Source: a virus. From it: a stretch of DNA of 64,000 bases. The notes below the pieces were generated by a model that had not been told where the DNA came from, made no database searches, and saw nothing but the letters and a program-made list of their open reading frames with translations. Made by a program: the position numbers and the translations under genes. The DNA lies in IMG/VR virus record IMGVR_UViG_3300037420_001954, positions 9,836 to 73,835 of that record. One strand, given 5' to 3'. This document shows, piece by piece, positions 9,569 through 19,348 of the stretch (position 1 is the stretch's first letter; the number at the start of each line of letters is the position of its first letter).

Positions 9569-10273
9569 TCACGCGAGCGCGCAAAGGACCTTGGACGAGG
9601 CCACCGCGACGAGGCCGGCAGGGCCCACGCACACGGCGTTCACGACGGGCGCTGCAATCGAGCCGAGGAGAACGGTCGAGCCGTCGACCTGAGCCTGGCC
9701 GGTGCCCACGAGCGAGCACTTGCCCGATTTATCGAGTGTGAGGCAGGAACCGGAGCCGCCGGCAAACGCCTTGAAGCCGTCGCCGTCGATAATGAAGCCG
9801 TACCCCTTGGAGTTTACGCAGCGAATCGTGTCGTTCTCTGCGTCCATTTGGAACAACATCCCATCGCCGTCTTCGGCATTGCCGGCGCGCGTGTAGATGT
9901 TGACGGAGCCATTCTTCTTGATGAGGACACGGCCTTGGGACTTGCCGTCCTCGCCACCCCCGAACATGCAGGTTTCGCCGTCCGCTAGCGCGCCGTAAAT
10001 GGCATTCGTTCGGTTGTCTTGCGACGCGAACGCGATCTCATAACGACCAATGCGAAGGACGAGCGCGCCCGCCGCCTCTTCCTTGTCCTTATTCGGTTTA
10101 GCCGGGCGGGACGCGAAACCGACCTGTTGCCACCACTCGACCTTGTCGGAATCCGTCTGCCCTTCGCCCGTAACGCTTCCGATCTTCGTTAGGATCTTCT
10201 TCGTCTTGTCCACGAGCTCGGTGCCGAGAACATGGACAATTTGGAACGAGTCAGGCAGGAAGGTGGCGGACAT
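9569..10273 (-). CDS. Baseplate spike (gpV/Mu gp45-like)
   Basis: EWWQQVGFASRP, GALADGETCMF and beta-helix-like repeats; follows the hub gene. Confidence 0.7.
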   Translation of the reverse strand: MSATFLPDSFQIVHVLGTELVDKTKKILTKIGSVTGEGQTDSDKVEWWQQVGFASRPAKPNKDKEEAAGALVLRIGRYEIAFASQDNRTNAIYGALADGETCMFGGGEDGKSQGRVLIKKNGSVNIYTRAGNAEDGDGMLFQMDAENDTIRCVNSKGYGFIIDGDGFKAFAGGSGSCLTLDKSGKCSLVGTGQAQVDGSTVLLGSIAAPVVNAVCVGPAGLVAVASSKVLCALA

Positions 10274-11613
10274 TAGATGGTGGGCTTCTTGCCCGTCTCG
10301 GGATCAGAGAAGACGAGCGTGCCTAGCCGAATGAGCTCGAGGCTCGTCGTGGTGCCGCCGCTGCGCGACTTGTTGAACGTGCGAGAGAGGATGTAGAGAA
10401 TCTCGTGAAGGCCGGAGACCTCGTCCTCGACCTCGACGGTCATGTCCGGAGTCCAGACTAGGAATTGCCCGTCCTTGGAGAACTGGCCGTGTCCTTCGAC
10501 GGTGAAGTTGGCAGTCAGCGACTTTCGCTGAAGCAGTGCCATTTCGCGTCGAACGAAATTCTCGAGGTGTTCTTGCGTCGCCGATTCGTCGTCGTGCAGG
10601 TAGAGGATCCGGTGCCTCGGAACCACCATGACGTTCTCGAACGGGAAGTCCTGTAGCTTGAGGACTGTCGCGCCAGCGTCGATGTACTTTTGATACGGCG
10701 GCTTGTTGTTCTTGATGAGCTCGCTGTCCTCAACACGAACGGCAGCGTTCAAGAAAATCGTCTTCACTCGGCCGGGCCCAAACTCACCGCCGCGAGAATA
10801 GGAGTCCGCGATGATGGCAGTCGGTTGCTCGGCGACAGACGCCGTCACCGTACCATCGAGCACGTTCGTTTGAGGCTTTCCGTCAAGCCCGTTCGACTTA
10901 TTTCGATAGAGCTTGAACGGGGCGTCCTTGTTGAACGTGTTCGGTGGCGAGACGATGATCTCGCTCCCGTCAGAAGACGTCCAAAGCCAGAGCCCGAAGC
11001 GCTGCGTGATGCGCGCTGCGAATTCAAACGCGGACTCGCGAGGGTACGGACGCGTCTGGTGGACCTTGTATTCTTTCAGTGCACGACGAGAGAATCCCTT
11101 ACCGTCCGACGTATTTCGTTTTGCCCGAAACGCGTTCGAGCGCACATCGAGGTCAGCGTCGTTCGAGATGACGAATTGTTCCGGCTTTTCCCAACCGAAT
11201 GGGGCGAAAATGGTTTTCAGAGCCTCAGCGAGCGTCTGGCCTTCTTTCAAAGCCATCGTCGGATCAGCGCAGGTGTCGCAAGCCTGAGCGAACGAATCTC
11301 GTCCTTCGATCCGCCATACCGAACCAGAATCCCTAGAGGCCGACGCTGCTACGGAATCGATGTAGCCCGTAGACTGCACGTTTCCGTTCAACAGAAGCTG
11401 GACACGGGCTCCGGCTTTCAACCCATCACGCTGCTCATCTGACAGCCGTTCATCGCCAATCGAGAACGAGAATCCGTCGGTCGGCGTGAGGAAGTGGGAA
11501 TTGAAGCTGTACTCGGTGAAGTTCGTAATCGTGAGGGGGCCGTTCGCTGCGTCCGGAAGTAGAAGCTGGATCTCTTCTTGTTCCGGCGCACTCGGCGAGT
11601 ACGTCGTAGGCAC
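10273..11613 (-). CDS. Baseplate hub/tail protein (Mu gp44/P-like)
   Basis: FTEYSFNSHFLTPTDGFSF, GYID.V, IEGRD, PRESAFEFAARITQRFG, WTPDMTVEVEDEVSG. Confidence 0.85.
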   Translation of the reverse strand: MPTTYSPSAPEQEEIQLLLPDAANGPLTITNFTEYSFNSHFLTPTDGFSFSIGDERLSDEQRDGLKAGARVQLLLNGNVQSTGYIDSVAASASRDSGSVWRIEGRDSFAQACDTCADPTMALKEGQTLAEALKTIFAPFGWEKPEQFVISNDADLDVRSNAFRAKRNTSDGKGFSRRALKEYKVHQTRPYPRESAFEFAARITQRFGLWLWTSSDGSEIIVSPPNTFNKDAPFKLYRNKSNGLDGKPQTNVLDGTVTASVAEQPTAIIADSYSRGGEFGPGRVKTIFLNAAVRVEDSELIKNNKPPYQKYIDAGATVLKLQDFPFENVMVVPRHRILYLHDDESATQEHLENFVRREMALLQRKSLTANFTVEGHGQFSKDGQFLVWTPDMTVEVEDEVSGLHEILYILSRTFNKSRSGGTTTSLELIRLGTLVFSDPETGKKPTI

Positions 11614-11619
11614 TTTGCT

Positions 11620-12690
11620 TTACTCGTAGAAACGAACAGTCGCGCCGGCCGCGACTTCAGGCTTTGCAATGAGCCCTGGATTGAGCTCGCGGAGCTGATT
11701 GGCGCTGTTCTTGTGGCCCTGCATTGCGAGCAAGATAGCTATTTCGGCCAGCGTGCTTCGCGTCTTGGTCTGGAAGCGCTGCACGCGACGTCCAGGCGCA
11801 ACAATGGGCGTGATGACCTGTTGACCGCCAGCAAAACTGGTTTTGGTCTCGCCGTGGAGCATCCCTTGAACAGCCCAAGCGAGCTTCTCGGCTTGCTCAC
11901 GCGCCGGGTACACCAACACGCTGCGAGCGCGCTGGAGCGAAGACTGCAAGTTCTTTACGTGGAAGGCCAGTTGGGCGGGCTTCGCTTTGAGGAGCGAGAC
12001 CGTTGACGTCACGCTATCTACGGCGCCGGTGACCTTGTCAACGAGTCCTTCGAAGCTCGTGTCCATGAACGGTGCGTCCGGCACGAGAGCCAGCAAGTCC
12101 GTCTTGGAAGCATCGAGGTCCGTCGCGGCAACCTTCGCCGCTTTGATCGGAGACGTCTGTTGGAACGGGTCCTCGACGTTGAGGTCCGCGTCGATGGTCT
12201 CGACCCAACGGGCAGTTGCGATAACGCCGTCACGCGTCTCACCGTCGTGCGTGAACTCGAACGACTCCGGCTTGCAGACGATGCCTCCGTATTCGGGGTG
12301 CTGGAAGACGCCAGACGTGTTGTCACGGAAGGCCTCGACGAGCTCGCGAAGGACGTCCGGATAAAGGGTACCGCCACCGCCGCCCGCCGATTCACCGCCC
12401 CAGACCTCGTTTTTGCCGGGCACGATGCCGTTGACGAGCGGGATCGTGGCCTCGAGCGTGAGCGGGGCACGCCCCGTCGCTTCGACACGGGCAGCGTCGA
12501 CGCCCCAGTATTTGTGCTGGACGAGGTCTTGCGTGAGCCCAAATCGGACGGACGAGACCGGGAAGACGATCCCGCGCCATGCGCACGGAAGAAGATCGTC
12601 GAAGAGCTCGCCTTGCGGCGGCGCGGCCGTGCCCGTCGGCCTCTTGAAGGTCGGGTGCGGAGGCGGGGGTGCTCCGATACGAAAAGCCAT
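11620..12690 (-). CDS. Mu gp43-like DNA circularization/tail protein
   Basis: AWRGIVFPV...QHKYWGVDAARVEATGRAP, FQHPEYG; LysM-like C-terminus LRELNPGL. Confidence 0.85.
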   Translation of the reverse strand: MAFRIGAPPPPHPTFKRPTGTAAPPQGELFDDLLPCAWRGIVFPVSSVRFGLTQDLVQHKYWGVDAARVEATGRAPLTLEATIPLVNGIVPGKNEVWGGESAGGGGGTLYPDVLRELVEAFRDNTSGVFQHPEYGGIVCKPESFEFTHDGETRDGVIATARWVETIDADLNVEDPFQQTSPIKAAKVAATDLDASKTDLLALVPDAPFMDTSFEGLVDKVTGAVDSVTSTVSLLKAKPAQLAFHVKNLQSSLQRARSVLVYPAREQAEKLAWAVQGMLHGETKTSFAGGQQVITPIVAPGRRVQRFQTKTRSTLAEIAILLAMQGHKNSANQLRELNPGLIAKPEVAAGATVRFYE

Positions 12691-12727
12691 GGCGAACCCC
12701 GAAGGGAGTGGTTACGTTCGGGGCTCG

Positions 12728-12922
12728 ATGACGAGCCCGATGATGACTACTTGTGCGGCGTGTCAGTCGCCGATGAGCACACAGGCAAACGTGTGCCCGC
12801 GATGCGGCCATCCGAACGCTCAAGCGCTGAACGCGAGCAAGAACACGAAGATCAAGATGATCGGTCTCGTGTTCTTGCTCTTGTTCGTCGCCTTGAACGT
12901 CTACAGGTGCTCTAGTTTCTAG
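12728..12922 (+). CDS. Zinc-ribbon membrane protein, antisense to the tail operon
   Basis: CAAC...CPRCG followed by one TM helix; fills the gap between tape measure and gp43-like genes. Confidence 0.65.
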   Translation: MTSPMMTTCAACQSPMSTQANVCPRCGHPNAQALNASKNTKIKMIGLVFLLLFVALNVYRCSSF

Positions 12923-15792
12923 GATCCAGGACGTCGGCCTATCGGCGCACCGCTTCGGCCAGGGCCTCCGGGAGAAGCCCCCGAGCCGTTCGTCGCCGAC
13001 GTATTCGCGTTCATCGCGTGGGTGTTGGCTTCGAGTTTTTGCCCGTGACGATCGAGCGCGTCCACCATGGCAGAGATGTCGATAGGAATGTCTCCCATCG
13101 GTCCGGCCGAGGTGTCTTCGTGCTTCGGAGTGGATCCAAACTTCTTGACGCCCGGGTCCTCCAGCAATGAGTCGGCACGGAGAGTTTCGTTTCTTTGCTC
13201 TCTGTTATGCTTCCCTGGCTTACCGTACTCGTCTTGGAGAACGGCAAAGGGGTTGATAGCCAACATCGCAATATTGCCAGCACGACTAGCGATATCTGCG
13301 TAAGACGAAGCCTTTCGGCCGCCCGTAGCTTTCGCCCGCGCGTCGTCGATCGCCTTCTGCGCGGCCTCGACTTTCGCGGGGTCTCCGGAGTCCAAGTCCC
13401 GACCCAAGGCGGCCCCGGCTTCTTTTCCTGAGCCGATGGCGCCGAAGACGTCGTCGCCGAGACGAGCCGCGAGCGTTCCGGTAGTGAGAACGCCAGCCAT
13501 GAGCGCGCCACCGGCAAGTGCTCCGTTAGGACCACCGCCTCCGGCACCCGGAACTGGCACTCCCCCGTTTGCTCCGCCGCCTCCCACACCTGGGATGGGT
13601 GGCATGCCACCGCCACCGGAGAGCATGCTCTTGATGAGCTCCCCGATCTTTGCTGTAGCGAGCTGGGCAATGATCTCCTTCGTGACGGCGGCGCCCAGTC
13701 CGAGGAAGGCCGCCTCGAACGGGTTCTTTGACGCCCAAGCCGCAAGCTCGCCCAACGAGGTAAGGACCTTCGTTATTACGGGCGTGACCTGCCGCAACAC
13801 CGGGATGAACTCCTTCATCACGGGCACGAGCTGCTCACCGACCTGCGCCTTGAGCTCTCGTACGGCCGTCTCGAACTGCTCGGCGGACGACTTCATGATC
13901 GCGCTTACGTTCGCCTGGAGTTCCTCCATGCTCATCGCAGCGTTAGTCATCTCGCCCATCTGCTTGAGGATGGCTTCTTTACCGGCGAGGTTCGCTTCCT
14001 TCTTGGATTTGCCTTCGTTCAAAGCCTCATCGCGCGCCTTGTTGAACTCCGGCGCGAGCGCCTGAAACATCTTGAACGAACGCTGGCCGAAGCCAAGGCC
14101 GCCCTGCTTCTCAGAGCGTTTGATGACACTGAGATCGCCTCCCGTCTCCTGCATAATGCGGGCAAGAAGCTCTTCAGGCGCGAGCTGCACCTGGCCGTTC
14201 TTGATAAAGTCCTGACCGATTAGGTTGCCGATCGCGTCCGCGTGCGTGATCGTATCCGTCGCGATATTGGAAATGACCGTTGCGGCTTCGCGTGGATCAC
14301 GACCAGCTGTTGCCATCGCGACCTGGCCGAGACCAAGTAGCTTGCCTTGGTTGATCGCCTGATTGCCTGCATAGGAGCTAGCAGAACGGGTGAAGTTACC
14401 TGCAACCTTTGCAAGGTCCGAGAATTCAACGCTGCCGGCTTGCCCCTGACGAATCGTATTCAGGGTGAGCTGCTTCATCTCGTCGACGCCGAGGTTCTTG
14501 TTCTGAACCTTCAGAATGCCGGCCGTCTTCGCAACATCCTGAACGGAAGCGCCAGTGGCCTTGGATACGTCGGCAAAGAACGACTGGAGCTCGAGGCCGC
14601 CCTTATAGTCGCCGGATTTTTCGCCGTAGGCTGCGGCTCCGCCGAGCAACGCGGTCTGATCCGTGTTCGTGCGAATCGACTCTTTCCGAACTTGACCAAG
14701 GATCTCGTCCTTGTCCATTCGAGTCTCGCCAGGACGATTCCTGAAAGCGGCGTTCGAAAACCGAATCGCGCTGCGCTCAAGATCGAGACGGTCGTGGAGG
14801 GCAGAGTTGACGTCGAAGCCGCCGCCTAGGTCGGTCGTCGTGGCGAAGATGTGTTGGGCCGCGCGAGAGGCGGTATTCGAAACCGTTCGCACGGCGTTAC
14901 CGCCAGTCTGAAAGACATTCTGAGCAAACTTCTCGCGGCGCTCTTCAGCCTCTTTCGCTGTCCTCTTATCTTCGCGCGCTCGTTCCTTTGCCTCTCGCTT
15001 CTGCTGTCGAGTGCGCTCCCTAAGCTCTTGGTCTTCTTGCTTCGTAATCTGTCGCTGGATGTAGAAGTGGTCGGCTTGCTCTTCAGCGAGCTGCTTCTTC
15101 CGCACTGCCCGTCGCGCGCGGTTTTCGTCGGAAAGGTCCCGAACCTTCTCAACCGCCGCCATCTGCTCCAGAGCAGACTTGTTCTTAGCGCCGCTGAGAA
15201 TCGAAAGACGCGCCTGCGGGCTCAGGTGAGGGGCCGCAGAAGTCTCACCGCGCTGAATTTCGAGCCTGACGCGATGTTGCTCGCGAGCTATCGCACGCGC
15301 GGCAGCGGTCTCTCGAGCCACCACCCTCTTGGCCTCGGCTTCTCCCTTAGTGCGCGCTTTTGCAGCCTCGCGGTCGGCAAACTTGTATGCCTCAATCTTT
15401 GCGTTCGCAACCTGCTTGGCTCGAGCGACTTCCGATGCAGCGAGCTTCTTTGCCTCGGACTCTCCAAGCGCACGAGCTTTCGCTGCCTCGCGATCTGCAA
15501 CCTTATAAGCCTCGATCTTCGCTTTCGCTCGTGCTCGGACGCCGTCGGCGACAGCCTTAGTGCCCTGACGCTCGGCAGCCTCAAGGAGCTTGGTCTGCTC
15601 CATGATGGCACGCATGTCCGCCTGACGCTGACGCTCGTTCAGCCCCGCCACGGTCGTTGCACGCGTTTTCGCGGCAGCGACGGACTTCTTCTCGGTCTTG
15701 TTGACGATGTCCTCAATGGACTTCATCGCCTTCAAAACGTGGTCGAGATCCTTGGTCAGGAATTCGACAATGACAGGATTAGGCTGAGACAT
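12919..15792 (-). CDS. Tape measure protein
   Basis: 957 aa, helical and Ala/Lys/Glu-rich, internal AKIEAYKxADREAAKAR repeat, follows the chaperone. Confidence 0.9.
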   Translation of the reverse strand: MSQPNPVIVEFLTKDLDHVLKAMKSIEDIVNKTEKKSVAAAKTRATTVAGLNERQRQADMRAIMEQTKLLEAAERQGTKAVADGVRARAKAKIEAYKVADREAAKARALGESEAKKLAASEVARAKQVANAKIEAYKFADREAAKARTKGEAEAKRVVARETAAARAIAREQHRVRLEIQRGETSAAPHLSPQARLSILSGAKNKSALEQMAAVEKVRDLSDENRARRAVRKKQLAEEQADHFYIQRQITKQEDQELRERTRQQKREAKERAREDKRTAKEAEERREKFAQNVFQTGGNAVRTVSNTASRAAQHIFATTTDLGGGFDVNSALHDRLDLERSAIRFSNAAFRNRPGETRMDKDEILGQVRKESIRTNTDQTALLGGAAAYGEKSGDYKGGLELQSFFADVSKATGASVQDVAKTAGILKVQNKNLGVDEMKQLTLNTIRQGQAGSVEFSDLAKVAGNFTRSASSYAGNQAINQGKLLGLGQVAMATAGRDPREAATVISNIATDTITHADAIGNLIGQDFIKNGQVQLAPEELLARIMQETGGDLSVIKRSEKQGGLGFGQRSFKMFQALAPEFNKARDEALNEGKSKKEANLAGKEAILKQMGEMTNAAMSMEELQANVSAIMKSSAEQFETAVRELKAQVGEQLVPVMKEFIPVLRQVTPVITKVLTSLGELAAWASKNPFEAAFLGLGAAVTKEIIAQLATAKIGELIKSMLSGGGGMPPIPGVGGGGANGGVPVPGAGGGGPNGALAGGALMAGVLTTGTLAARLGDDVFGAIGSGKEAGAALGRDLDSGDPAKVEAAQKAIDDARAKATGGRKASSYADIASRAGNIAMLAINPFAVLQDEYGKPGKHNREQRNETLRADSLLEDPGVKKFGSTPKHEDTSAGPMGDIPIDISAMVDALDRHGQKLEANTHAMNANTSATNGSGASPGGPGRSGAPIGRRPGS

Positions 15793-15967
15793 GCGTTAGA
15801 CCGTCACGAGCCGCGGCAGCCGCGGCGGCTAGCTCGCGTCGGCACTCGGCAACGAATCGCCAGGCGGCTCGGACGCAGAGACGCTGACCGTCGGTGATGG
15901 CCTCAACTGGAAAGCCATATACATCAGCAGCAGTTGCTGCTGTTCCGAGGTCAGCAAATTCAAAGGG
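15779..15967 (-). other. -1 programmed frameshift extension (gpGT-like) of tail assembly chaperone
   Basis: In-frame heptamer C CCT TTG at 15967-15961. The -1 frame is open to TAA at 15781-15779 and reads EFADLGTAATAADVYGFPVEAITDGQRLCVRAAW... Confidence 0.75.
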
Positions 15968-16446
15968 AACCCCGAGCCGCCCTCCACGAGGCGATCGATC
16001 CAGGCTTCACACTCCTCTTCGGTCATCTGGTTGGTCATCGGACCAAGCTCGAGCTGCACCGTGAGGTAGTGGTCGAAGAGCTTTGCAGCTTCCTCCGTCG
16101 TAAGATTTTCCTGCATCCAGGACGGACTCGGGAAGGACGGATACTTCGGATCTTCGAACGATCGGCACGCGCGCCAGAGAATCTCGATGCAAAGGGCGTC
16201 GGTATAGAGACGCTCGTAGCCAATATCCCCCTTCTTCCCTTCCTTCATGTGCTTGCGCGCGACTCTCTCTGCCTCGGTCGACGCGGCCATCTGGTCGCGC
16301 TGAGTCAGAATCTGGATGCGAAGCTCGCCCGGCGACTTGCCGTCGTCATCGTAACGAGGAAACTCCACCACCTTGTTCGGCCGCGTGGCCGAGGAAAGCG
16401 CGAGATAGAGTTGCGAGGCGGGGATATCAGTAGGCGGTCCGGCCAT
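15829..16446 (-). CDS. Tail assembly chaperone (gpG-like)
   Basis: Between tube and tape measure genes; start re-called at ATG 16446. Confidence 0.75.
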   Translation of the reverse strand: MAGPPTDIPASQLYLALSSATRPNKVVEFPRYDDDGKSPGELRIQILTQRDQMAASTEAERVARKHMKEGKKGDIGYERLYTDALCIEILWRACRSFEDPKYPSFPSPSWMQENLTTEEAAKLFDHYLTVQLELGPMTNQMTEEECEAWIDRLVEGGSGFPLNLLTSEQQQLLLMYMAFQLRPSPTVSVSASEPPGDSLPSADAS

Positions 16447-16458
16447 TAGAGTCATCGG

Positions 16459-16878
16459 TTATTCGAAAACCTCGAGCTGGCAGGTCGCCTTGAACGAGAG
16501 TTTTGTGTTGTCGTTAGTTGCGTGCGAGTACGTGACGTCGGTGATGAAGCCCTTGCAGATGGTCTGTCGTGCACCGAGCACCGAGCCGATCTCAATCACG
16601 TCACCTGACTTCACGAAGAAGTCGACATTGAATTCGAGATCCTTCAAGGGCACAGCGTTGTCAACCGTGAGCTCGATCAGCCCCGCCCCTTTCGATAAGC
16701 CGGCGAAGCCCTTGTGCAAAGTCGTAATCGTCTTAGCGTTGGACTTCTTTTCCAGCGTCACAGACGTCTCCTGCGTGAGCAACTGCCCGTTCAGGAAAAC
16801 GAAGACGTTCGTGTAGAGCTGAAGATCGCGACCCGAAGGAGTCAGGCCGTTTTTGATCTCGGTAAGTGAGATTCCCAT
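16459..16878 (-). CDS. Tail tube protein, paralogue 2
   Basis: Aligns by eye along its length with 16899-17273 (LQLYTNVFVFLNGQLLTQETSVT vs MQLYSNAFVYIDGRLLTQESSVT). Confidence 0.7.
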   Translation of the reverse strand: MGISLTEIKNGLTPSGRDLQLYTNVFVFLNGQLLTQETSVTLEKKSNAKTITTLHKGFAGLSKGAGLIELTVDNAVPLKDLEFNVDFFVKSGDVIEIGSVLGARQTICKGFITDVTYSHATNDNTKLSFKATCQLEVFE

Positions 16879-16898
16879 TTACGGCCTAACCTGCTTCC

Positions 16899-17273
16899 TC
16901 ACTCGAAGTCGGAGAGCCGACCAGTGAACTTGAGCGCGATCTTGGACGAATCGTTGACGGAGTGGCTGAGGTCCGACTCCATGACGAAGCACTTGAAGAT
17001 CGCCTCTCGCGAGGCCGCTTGAATCTTGACCTCGACGACCGTGCCCGTGCGCATATACGCGCCTGGATTGAAATCGAAGTCAGCCGAAGGCACTGCCTCG
17101 TCGACGCTGATTTCGACCGTAGACGCGCCCTGAGATGCGCCTGCAAGGCCTTCGACCGTGGTAAAGACGGGGTTCAATCCCGACTTCATGTTCACGGTGA
17201 CCGAGGACTCCTGCGTGAGGAGACGGCCATCGATGTACACGAAGGCGTTCGAGTAAAGCTGCATATTGGCCAT
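16899..17273 (-). CDS. Tail tube protein, paralogue 1
   Basis: 124 aa, immediately downstream of the sheath gene, beta-rich. Confidence 0.75.
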   Translation of the reverse strand: MANMQLYSNAFVYIDGRLLTQESSVTVNMKSGLNPVFTTVEGLAGASQGASTVEISVDEAVPSADFDFNPGAYMRTGTVVEVKIQAASREAIFKCFVMESDLSHSVNDSSKIALKFTGRLSDFE

Positions 17274-17386
17274 GAACGGCCCTCCACCGCGAACGCGGCG
17301 TTACAAGGTAAGAAGCTGAAAAACGGCGACGGGGCGCGCATGCACGCTCAGGGGCCACCCGTCACGGCCCTAGTTGGTTATCGACT

Positions 17387-18907
17387 CTAGGCGACCTGAT
17401 CGACAGCGATGCCGATCTGCTCGAGGTTGTCGATCGTCTGGAGGGGAATGCGTGCCGTCATGCGCGTGGTCGGATTCGTCTCGCGCTGCACGATGGTGCC
17501 GTCCTTGATTTGATCGACGTTCTGGAGCAGATCGTTGTCCGCCAGATCGTTGATCACGCCGAAGACGCAGCCCTTGAAGTTTTTGGGCGTGACGACCTCG
17601 GGGCCCGGCTGCTTCGCACCCTTCGGCGGATCGTCGGCAATGCGCTTGCCGCCGTACTGGAGTGCGGCCTTCGTCTGGAGCTTGTCCGAGAAGAAGTCAC
17701 AGATCGTCACCTTGTGCGCCGCACGGATGCGGTAGTCGGGCGTCGAACCAGACAGCGAGCGGGTCGTGATGCGGTTGACGAGGTACGTCTGACCGTTGCT
17801 CGCGACCGCGATCGGGCTGATGCCGTTGTTGAGCGCCGACTTGATCGAGGCACGGGTGGGCGCCGCCGAGTCCACGCGTGAGCGCGGGACCTTCCAGAAG
17901 GCCGACGTCACCGCGTCCGAGCCGAAGCCGCAGAAGTTCGTACGGGGGTTGTCCTCGTTCGACTCGAACAGCGAGTAGATAGCCGCGGCATTGGCCGCGA
18001 GCTCGGCGGGCGTCCAGGGCGACTTCTCGCTCCAGATGAGCTCTGCGCGGGCAGCGTTGATGCCGGTCGCGAGCGTGATCGCGTTCGCGAGCGTGTCGAC
18101 CGAGCCGGTGAACGCGCGCTGACGGATGCCCGTCGTCGGCGCAGCCTGCGTGTTGACCTGGCTGACGAGCGCGCCGAACTGCGTCGCGTCCTCGGCCTCG
18201 GAGACGAGGTAGTAGTAGCGCTTGGGCAGAATCGTCGCGAGCGCGGTCGTGTTCGAATCGGCGGTCGCACCCGACGTAAGGAAGCCGTCGGTCGTCGCGG
18301 TCGTGGTCGTCGCAATTCCGGATGTGATCGCCGCCTGGAACCGGATCCAGTTGCCGCGCAGGCCCGCGACCTTGGCCGTGAGCGTAACGACACCTGCCAC
18401 GTTGCCGGCCGTGACCGGCCAATGGGTCTTGGCGTTGATGTTTGCAACCATCGCGGTCGCAATCGCGGTTGGGTTGTCGCCGGTCGCGATCGACGTGTCT
18501 ACGAATTCGTCACCGACCCAGATACGGTGAACACCGCTGCCGGTCGCGTTCGTCGCAATCGTCACCGTTCCGGTCGCCGCCGTGCCCGCGGAGGCGGTCA
18601 CGAAGAGGACGTAGACGGCCGTGTCCTTGTTGACCGCCGTGATTCGACGGAACATCCGGTGCGCCGGGGAACCCGGGCCACCGAGCGTGATCATGTCAGC
18701 TTCGGTCTGGAGCGGCACCTGCGTGTCGGGGCCGTAGATGACCGTGTCCGGCGTAGCCGAACCTGCGCTCGACTTGTTCGCGAGGACGAGGATAGGGCGC
18801 TGAACGCCGCTGCCGGCCGCGAGACCCTGAGCGAAATTGGTTTCAATGTAAACGCCGGGAACAGGATCGTTCGACGCGAACCCGGTAAGGACGATAGAAG
18901 CGCCCAT
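17387..18907 (-). CDS. Tail sheath protein
   Basis: 506 aa; VPGVYIETNF, VTLTAKVAGLRGNWI, LNNGISPI, YLVNRITT motifs typical of Mu gpL-like sheaths. Confidence 0.92.
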   Translation of the reverse strand: MGASIVLTGFASNDPVPGVYIETNFAQGLAAGSGVQRPILVLANKSSAGSATPDTVIYGPDTQVPLQTEADMITLGGPGSPAHRMFRRITAVNKDTAVYVLFVTASAGTAATGTVTIATNATGSGVHRIWVGDEFVDTSIATGDNPTAIATAMVANINAKTHWPVTAGNVAGVVTLTAKVAGLRGNWIRFQAAITSGIATTTTATTDGFLTSGATADSNTTALATILPKRYYYLVSEAEDATQFGALVSQVNTQAAPTTGIRQRAFTGSVDTLANAITLATGINAARAELIWSEKSPWTPAELAANAAAIYSLFESNEDNPRTNFCGFGSDAVTSAFWKVPRSRVDSAAPTRASIKSALNNGISPIAVASNGQTYLVNRITTRSLSGSTPDYRIRAAHKVTICDFFSDKLQTKAALQYGGKRIADDPPKGAKQPGPEVVTPKNFKGCVFGVINDLADNDLLQNVDQIKDGTIVQRETNPTTRMTARIPLQTIDNLEQIGIAVDQVA

Positions 18908-18947
18908 AAGTAAGCTCCGTTTTCAGCCGCCGACTCTGGGCGGATAA

Positions 18948-18978
18948 GCAAAGTAAGAAGGCCGCCCGAAGAGGCGGC
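18948..18978 (-). terminator. Putative intrinsic terminator upstream of sheath gene
   Basis: On the minus strand: GCCGCC-tcttcg-GGCGGC followed by CTTCTTACTTT. Confidence 0.45.
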
Positions 18979-18998
18979 GGTGAGTGCGAGTCAGCAGC

Positions 18999-19331
18999 TC
19001 ACGTAGAGGTCTTAGCGTCGTGCCACTCGGGCGCGGGCTCTCCGAACGATGGGTCGAATTCGACTCCGCACGCCTTCGCGGTTTCCGCATCAGCCGCGTA
19101 CAAATCGCCGTCCTTGCACGCCTTCACGTACTCGGCGCGAAAAGGCACAACGGCAACTTCGTCGGTCGGCACGAATGCCCACTGTCCGATGTCTTCCTGG
19201 TCCTTCGGGTTTGCTGGAGGTGCAAGTTGGACATACTTGCGACCGAGGAAGGACTTGATACCGGCTTCGAGGCGCTCGAAATTCTGGACGAGCGAGGTCC
19301 CCCGCGCCTTGAAACGCAGCGTGTTGGGCAT
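18999..19331 (-). CDS. Hypothetical protein
   Basis: 110 aa, plausible composition, upstream purine-rich leader. Confidence 0.65.
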   Translation of the reverse strand: MPNTLRFKARGTSLVQNFERLEAGIKSFLGRKYVQLAPPANPKDQEDIGQWAFVPTDEVAVVPFRAEYVKACKDGDLYAADAETAKACGVEFDPSFGEPAPEWHDAKTST

Positions 19332-19348
19332 TGAAAGAAAGGCTCCGA

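Noticed and set aside
17000-19000. Stand-alone tailocin or contractile injection system
   Set aside because: Portal, terminase, scaffold and capsid genes are in the same operon, indicating a complete phage.
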